Positions 27,113 through 32,000 of a DNA stretch of 32,000 bases are shown here, piece by piece. The stretch's first letter is position 1; each line of letters starts with the position of its first letter. This stretch comes from Methylophaga frappieri (GTDB lineage: Bacteria; Pseudomonadota; Gammaproteobacteria; Nitrosococcales; Methylophagaceae), in contig NC_017856.1 in the NCBI RefSeq assembly GCF_000260965.1, positions 2,190,001 to 2,222,000 on the forward strand, written 5' to 3'. Under the pieces are notes generated by a model. It saw nothing but the letters and a program-made list of their open reading frames with translations, was not told the DNA's origin and made no database searches. The position numbers and the translations under genes are program-made.

Positions 27113-28353
27113 TACACCACCGCGCCAAGCTTGAATATCGGCAGATACATGGCAATAACCAGCGTACCCACAACCACACCCAGAAAGGCCATAATGAGTG
27201 GTTCAAGTAAGGCGGTCATGTTATCGACGGCATCATCCACTTCGCGCTCGAAGAAATCAGCAACTTTCGCCAGCATCGAGTCCAAAGACCCCGATTCCTC
27301 ACCAATCGCGACCATTTGAATCACCATATTGGGAAATAACTCGGTATCAACCATGGCTTTGTTAAGCTGTGTTCCGGTTGCCACATCATCGCGCATGGCG
27401 AGTGTGGCATCGGTATAAACTATATTGCCCGTCGCACCGGCTACAGATGTCATCGCATCTACCATTGGCACCCCCGCTTTAAACATGACCGAAAATGTCC
27501 GGGAAAACCGGGCGATGGCACCTTTGGTCATCACCTCGCCGATAACCGGCAATTTGAGGGTTAAGCGATCCAGAAAGTGTTGTACTTTGCGAGAGCGTTT
27601 CTTGGCCATCATAAAGCCGACAACCGTGCCAATCAGCACCCCGAATATCAGCCACCATTTCTCTTGGAAAACCTCAGAAATCGAGATAACCAACTTGGTC
27701 AGGCCAGGCAGATCAGCGCCAAATCCGGTAAACAAAGATTCAAACTGAGGAATAACAAAAATCATCAATATGGCGGTCACGATGAAAGCCACGACGATAA
27801 TGGCAGCCGGATACACCAATGCTTTACGAATTTTGGCTTTAAGGGCTTCCGTTTTTTCCTGATAGGTGGCAATTTCGTGTAACAACGCTTCCAGCGTGCC
27901 TGATTGTTCACCGGCATTGACAAGGCTTACGTAGAGGTCATTAAAGTGAAGCGGGAATTTTGATAAAGATTCGGCAAGACTAGTGCCTGATTCCACATCT
28001 GCCTTAATGCTAAGAATCATCTCTTGCATGGAGGCATTCTCATGGCCTTCGCCAATGATTTGCATGGATTGCATTAACGGCACGCCAGAAGACATCATGG
28101 TGGCCAGCATTCGGCTGAAAATGGCAATGTCGGCGGGTTTGATAGGCGGTTTTCTTGGCGCAAACAAGTCCTTGGGTTTCTTGCGCACTTTTAACGGTGT
28201 AATGCCCTGACGGCGCAGATCGGCACGAACTGCTTGCACACCTTCTCCCGTCATCTGTCCTTTGACCCGCCGCCCTTGCTTGTTGGTGCCCTGCCAGAGA
28301 TAAAGCGTCGGCGCTGGTTCTCGTTTTTTCTTCGCTGCTACCGCTTGCGCCAT
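27112..28353 (-). CDS. pilC: Type IV pilus platform protein (GspF family)
   Basis: 413 aa with a duplicated GspF-type domain (SLVNAGEQSGTLE and MVAIGEESGSLD). Confidence 0.9.
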   Translation of the reverse strand: MAQAVAAKKKREPAPTLYLWQGTNKQGRRVKGQMTGEGVQAVRADLRRQGITPLKVRKKPKDLFAPRKPPIKPADIAIFSRMLATMMSSGVPLMQSMQIIGEGHENASMQEMILSIKADVESGTSLAESLSKFPLHFNDLYVSLVNAGEQSGTLEALLHEIATYQEKTEALKAKIRKALVYPAAIIVVAFIVTAILMIFVIPQFESLFTGFGADLPGLTKLVISISEVFQEKWWLIFGVLIGTVVGFMMAKKRSRKVQHFLDRLTLKLPVIGEVMTKGAIARFSRTFSVMFKAGVPMVDAMTSVAGATGNIVYTDATLAMRDDVATGTQLNKAMVDTELFPNMVIQMVAIGEESGSLDSMLAKVADFFEREVDDAVDNMTALLEPLIMAFLGVVVGTLVIAMYLPIFKLGAVV

Positions 28354-28356
28354 GAC

Positions 28357-30075
28357 CTATTCCTTAATCACGCGATTAATTTCTTCCAGACTGGTCAGGC
28401 CTGCCGCCACTTTTTTCAGTCCAGATGCCCGTAAATCATCAATACCTTCTTGTTCAGCCTGATCGGCCAGTTGGATGGCATTACCATTTTCCATAATGAT
28501 GCGACCCATTTCTTCAGAAACAGGCATTACTTGATAAATCCCCACGCGGCCTTTGTAACCGGCAGTACAGGAATCACACCCGACGGCTTTGTACGGTTTA
28601 AAACCGGTATCGACTTGTTGTTGGCTGAACCCTTCTGCTAGCAAAGTTTCCGCAGGCACATCCTCGGGCTGCTTGCACTTGGGACACAATCGGCGAGCCA
28701 GCCGCTGTGCAATGATGAGCGATACGGCAGAGGCGATATTAAAGGCGGGCACACCCATATTGGCAAGTCGTGTCAGGGTTTGTGGCGCATCATTAGTATG
28801 CAGAGTAGAGAACACCATATGACCAGTTTGTGCCGCTTTAATCGCAATTTCAGCGGTTTCCAGATCCCGGATCTCACCGACCATGATGACATCGGGATCC
28901 TGACGCAAAAAAGCCCGCAAACATTGTGAAAAGTCGAGGCCGATTTGCGGATGTACATTCACCTGGTTAATGCCGGGCAAGTTGATTTCTGCGGGGTCTT
29001 CAGCGGTTGAAATATTCCGATCATCGGTATTGAGAATATTCAGAGCCGTATAGAGCGAGACGGTTTTACCGCTACCCGTCGGGCCAGTAACCAGAATCAT
29101 GCCATAAGGTTTATGCATGGTATCGAGAAAGATTTGTTTCTGGTCTTCCTCATAACCGAGCGCATCAATACCCATCTGTGCACTGGTTGGATCCAGGATC
29201 CGTAATACAATTTTTTCACCAAACAGCGTTGGGATGGTGTTGACCCGGAAGTCGATGGCTTTGTTTTTGGATAATTTCAGCCGCATGCGACCATCTTGAG
29301 GGACTCGTCTTTCGGCAATATTCATTCGCGATAGCACTTTTAAACGTGCTGCAATACGGCCACTTAAAGCAACCGGTGCGGTCTTGGTCTCATGCAAAAT
29401 ACCATCAATACGAATACGAACCCGGTATTTATTTTCATATGGCTCGAAGTGAATGTCCGAAGCGCCTGCTTTGATAGACTGGGTCATGATGCCATTGATG
29501 AACCGAACAACGGGGGTGTCATCAATATTGCTTTCGGTAATGTCAGCAGAACGATCAACCTCGTCATCGGGACCAAGATCAATATCATCAAGGTCTGCAT
29601 TGGCAAATTCGTCTAGTTGTTGTTCGCGTTTGTCTAAGGCTTTTTCAATACTTAGTGCCAGTTTTTGTTCATCAACCAAAACCGGATAAGTATTTAATGC
29701 CGTGTTAAATTGAAATTCATCCAGCGCCTGCAGATTAGTGGGATCTGAAACGGCGACAAATAATCGTTTACCCCGCTGAAATAAAGGCAGCGCGTTATGC
29801 TGGCGAATCAATTTTTCCTGAAACAAACTGGTCGGCGCCAGTTCCAGATTCATGGTATCGATATCAAATAGAGGAACACCGAATTCTTGAGAGGCAATAT
29901 CCGCGATTTTTTGGCTGGATAACAGTTTGTGATTAACCAAATAGGTAACCAGCGATTGCTTCGCTTGTTTGGCCGCCATTTGCGCAGATTGGGCTTCTTC
30001 TTCCGAAAGCAGGCCTTCATTTACCAGCCGCCGGGCCAGACCGCTTAATCGAATCGGTACGGATGTATTTGCCAT
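28357..30075 (-). CDS. pilB: Type IV pilus assembly ATPase
   Basis: ATG at 30075 gives 572 aa. T2SSE N-terminal domain, Walker A GPTGSGKT, and tetra-Cys CPKC...CDSC. The track's 93-codon N-terminal extension overlaps lptM and the lysA start on the other strand and is rejected. Confidence 0.9.
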   Translation of the reverse strand: MANTSVPIRLSGLARRLVNEGLLSEEEAQSAQMAAKQAKQSLVTYLVNHKLLSSQKIADIASQEFGVPLFDIDTMNLELAPTSLFQEKLIRQHNALPLFQRGKRLFVAVSDPTNLQALDEFQFNTALNTYPVLVDEQKLALSIEKALDKREQQLDEFANADLDDIDLGPDDEVDRSADITESNIDDTPVVRFINGIMTQSIKAGASDIHFEPYENKYRVRIRIDGILHETKTAPVALSGRIAARLKVLSRMNIAERRVPQDGRMRLKLSKNKAIDFRVNTIPTLFGEKIVLRILDPTSAQMGIDALGYEEDQKQIFLDTMHKPYGMILVTGPTGSGKTVSLYTALNILNTDDRNISTAEDPAEINLPGINQVNVHPQIGLDFSQCLRAFLRQDPDVIMVGEIRDLETAEIAIKAAQTGHMVFSTLHTNDAPQTLTRLANMGVPAFNIASAVSLIIAQRLARRLCPKCKQPEDVPAETLLAEGFSQQQVDTGFKPYKAVGCDSCTAGYKGRVGIYQVMPVSEEMGRIIMENGNAIQLADQAEQEGIDDLRASGLKKVAAGLTSLEEINRVIKE

Positions 30076-30217
30076 GACTCGCCGTGATTCCTTAACATAA
30101 TGCTGTCGCCGATGCAGCAATAGTAGGGGAGTTAGGCGATAATTTCTAGTTTCTGATTCAAGCAGATAGTTAGGATCGCGTATAGTTTCTGCGATGTCAT
30201 TTACCGGGGAAGCACTG

Positions 30218-30346
30218 ATGCAAACATCTTCTGGCTGGCGAACGCTGGCACTTATCCTATGCACGGTTAGTTTACTGACTGCCTGTGGCCAAAAAGGCGA
30301 TTTATATCTGCCTGAAGGCAAAGCACAAACAATTGAGGTGGCGTAA
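30218..30346 (+). CDS. lptM: Small lipoprotein LptM/YifL (42 aa), below the ORF-track size cut-off
   Basis: MQTSSGWRTLALILCTVSLLTACGQKGDLYLPEG... has the lipobox LTAC followed by GQKGxLYLP, the hallmark of YifL/LptM. It sits immediately upstream of lysA-dapF. TAA at 30344-30346. Confidence 0.7.
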   Translation: MQTSSGWRTLALILCTVSLLTACGQKGDLYLPEGKAQTIEVA

Positions 30347-30352
30347 CAAAGC

Positions 30353-31600
30353 ATGGCTATTTTTCATTACCACGATGGGGAGCTGTTTGCTGAAAATGTC
30401 GCGGTTGCGGCCATCGCGGCGGCGCATGGTACGCCGGCTTATGTTTATTCTCGGGCTGCTTTGGAACAACATTGGCGGGCATTTGATACCGCGTTTGCGG
30501 CGCAACCGCATTTGGTGTGCTACGCCGTCAAAGCCAACTCCAATCTGGCTGTTTTAAATGTGCTGGCGCGGCTTGGATCTGGCTTTGATATTGTGTCCGC
30601 CGGTGAGTTAGCCCGCGTGCTGGCAGCAGGCGGTGAAGCAGAGCGGACGGTATTTTCTGGCGTGGGTAAAACGGCGGAAGAAATTGCCTATGCCTTAACG
30701 GCGAACATCCGCTGTTTTAATGTGGAATCGATTGCCGAACTAGAACGCATTAATCACGTTGCTGGTGAAATGAACAAAGTGGCGCCGGTCTCCATTCGCG
30801 TTAACCCAGATGTCGATGCGGGTACACATCCCTATATTTCAACGGGACTCAAAGAAAATAAATTTGGCATTGATATCAATTTGGCACCAGCGGTGTATCA
30901 ACAGGCAGCGGCAATGCCCAATCTGGATGTGGTTGGTGTGGATTGTCATATTGGTTCACAACTAACCAGTGTGACGCCATTTGTCGACGCTTTGCAGCGG
31001 GTTTTAGGCTTGATTGATACGCTCGAGCAACAAGGCATTTCCATTCATCATCTGGATATTGGGGGTGGGTTGGGGATTCACTACAAAGATGAAACGCCGC
31101 CGACACCGGCTGCCTACGCAGCAGCGATGCAGTCTCTATTGCAAGGCCGGTCATTGGAGATTTTACTGGAGCCAGGACGCGCTATCGCCGGGAATGCTGG
31201 CTTGTTGGTGACACAAGTAGAATATATCAAGGCAACGGATGAGCGACGGTTTGCGATTGTGGATGCGGCGATGAATGATTTGCTGCGCCCATCGTTATAT
31301 CAATCCTGGATGGCCATTGATCCGGTTCAACCACGTCAGAGTGAGGCGTTAAACTACGACATCGTAGGGCCAGTTTGTGAAACAGGTGATTTTTTGGGTA
31401 AAGACCGCAGCCTGGCAATCGCCCAAGGTGATTTATTGGCAATCCGCTCGGCTGGCGCTTATGGTTTTACGATGAGTTCAAATTATAATTCGCGCCCACG
31501 TGCCCCTGAGATCATGGTCGATGGTGATAGCGTTACTTTGGTTCGTGCGCGTGAGACAATCGAAAGCCTGTTTGCCAATGAGCAGATTTTGCAGGACTAA
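30353..31600 (+). CDS. lysA: Diaminopimelate decarboxylase
   Basis: 415 aa. The PLP lysine context YAVKANSN, plus HIGSQ, EPGRAI and CETGD motifs. Confidence 0.95.
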   Translation: MAIFHYHDGELFAENVAVAAIAAAHGTPAYVYSRAALEQHWRAFDTAFAAQPHLVCYAVKANSNLAVLNVLARLGSGFDIVSAGELARVLAAGGEAERTVFSGVGKTAEEIAYALTANIRCFNVESIAELERINHVAGEMNKVAPVSIRVNPDVDAGTHPYISTGLKENKFGIDINLAPAVYQQAAAMPNLDVVGVDCHIGSQLTSVTPFVDALQRVLGLIDTLEQQGISIHHLDIGGGLGIHYKDETPPTPAAYAAAMQSLLQGRSLEILLEPGRAIAGNAGLLVTQVEYIKATDERRFAIVDAAMNDLLRPSLYQSWMAIDPVQPRQSEALNYDIVGPVCETGDFLGKDRSLAIAQGDLLAIRSAGAYGFTMSSNYNSRPRAPEIMVDGDSVTLVRARETIESLFANEQILQD

Positions 31601-32000
31601 ATGATGTTGAAATTCAGCAAAATGCACGGATTGGGTAATGATTTTGTCGTTATTGATGCGATACACCAAGACATTTCGTTGACAACAGCGCAGGTTCAGT
31701 TTCTGGCGGATCGGCACCGGGGTATTGGTTGCGATCAAGTGTTGCTGGTGGAAAAAAGTCAGCTTGAAAACGTCGATTTTCGTTATCGGATTTTTAATGC
31801 CGATGGTGGAGAAGTGGCGCAATGTGGCAATGGTGCGCGATGTTTTGCCCAATTTGTTCGTGACAAAGGGCTGACCGATAAAGCGACCATTGCGGTAGAA
31901 ACGTCGGCTGGCATTATTTACCCGACATTGCATGCCAATGGCAATATTTCAGTTGATATGGGACAACCGCATTTTTTACCTGCAGAAGTCCCTTTTAGTG
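31601..32000 (+). CDS. dapF: Diaminopimelate epimerase, N-terminal part (continues beyond the window)
   Basis: ATG directly after the lysA stop. [20 protein letters not shown]...[11 protein letters not shown] contains the catalytic Cys motif. The frame is open to the window end. Confidence 0.9.
   Translation, partial: MMLKFSKMHGLGNDFVVIDAIHQDISLTTAQVQFLADRHRGIGCDQVLLVEKSQLENVDFRYRIFNADGGEVAQCGNGARCFAQFVRDKGLTDKATIAVETSAGIIYPTLHANGNISVDMGQPHFLPAEVPFS

Noticed and set aside
30076-30354. A 93-codon N-terminal extension of the pilB ORF.
   Set aside because: It overlaps lptM and the lysA start on the other strand and has no similarity to PilB N-termini. The ATG at 30075 gives the canonical MANTSVPIRLSGLARRL start.
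1-32000. A search for CRISPR arrays, IS elements or transposases, integrases, tRNA/rRNA genes and defence-system genes.
   Set aside because: I saw no spaced repeat arrays, no transposase-, integrase- or nuclease-like ORFs, and no cloverleaf-like or rRNA-like sequences in the intergenic regions. Apart from the three exported proteins of unknown function (7521-7883, 15089-15538, 15612-16298), the large ORFs are accounted for by housekeeping, respiratory, pilus or methylotrophy functions.

Overview
This is a chromosomal window from what looks like a methylotrophic gammaproteobacterium, possibly Methylophaga-like; that placement is inferred from gene content only. I support about 37 protein genes. 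I recognised no rRNA, tRNA, CRISPR array, IS element or prophage. Left to right: plsC 3' end and a FimX-like c-di-GMP sensor with degenerate domains; htpX; a minus-strand tetrahydromethanopterin (H4MPT) operon (mtdA, mptG, mtdB, ATP-grasp); a small secreted protein; a minus-strand operon of a SoxH-like metallo-beta-lactamase hydrolase plus two tandem SoxY-SoxZ fusion carriers; gltX; xoxF-xoxJ (lanthanide-type PQQ methanol dehydrogenase and its binding protein); a DUF302-like lipoprotein and a secreted hypothetical protein; sspB; petABC (cytochrome bc1); pseudoazurin; zinc-ribbon protein, aspS, nadA, zf protein, mutT; yacG, zapD, coaE, pilD, pilC, pilB; lptM, lysA and the dapF 5' end. The most interesting part is the functionally uncharacterised periplasmic hydrolase/carrier module (7968-10568) beside xoxFJ. 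Three gene-integrity anomalies cluster in the methylotrophy genes: a 1-nt frameshift in mtdB, a 1-nt frameshift in the hydrolase, and an ATP-grasp gene with no ATG/GTG/TTG start that is in frame with mtdB across a single TGA. All protein assignments rest on motifs I could read in the translations and on recalled family knowledge. No searches were run.
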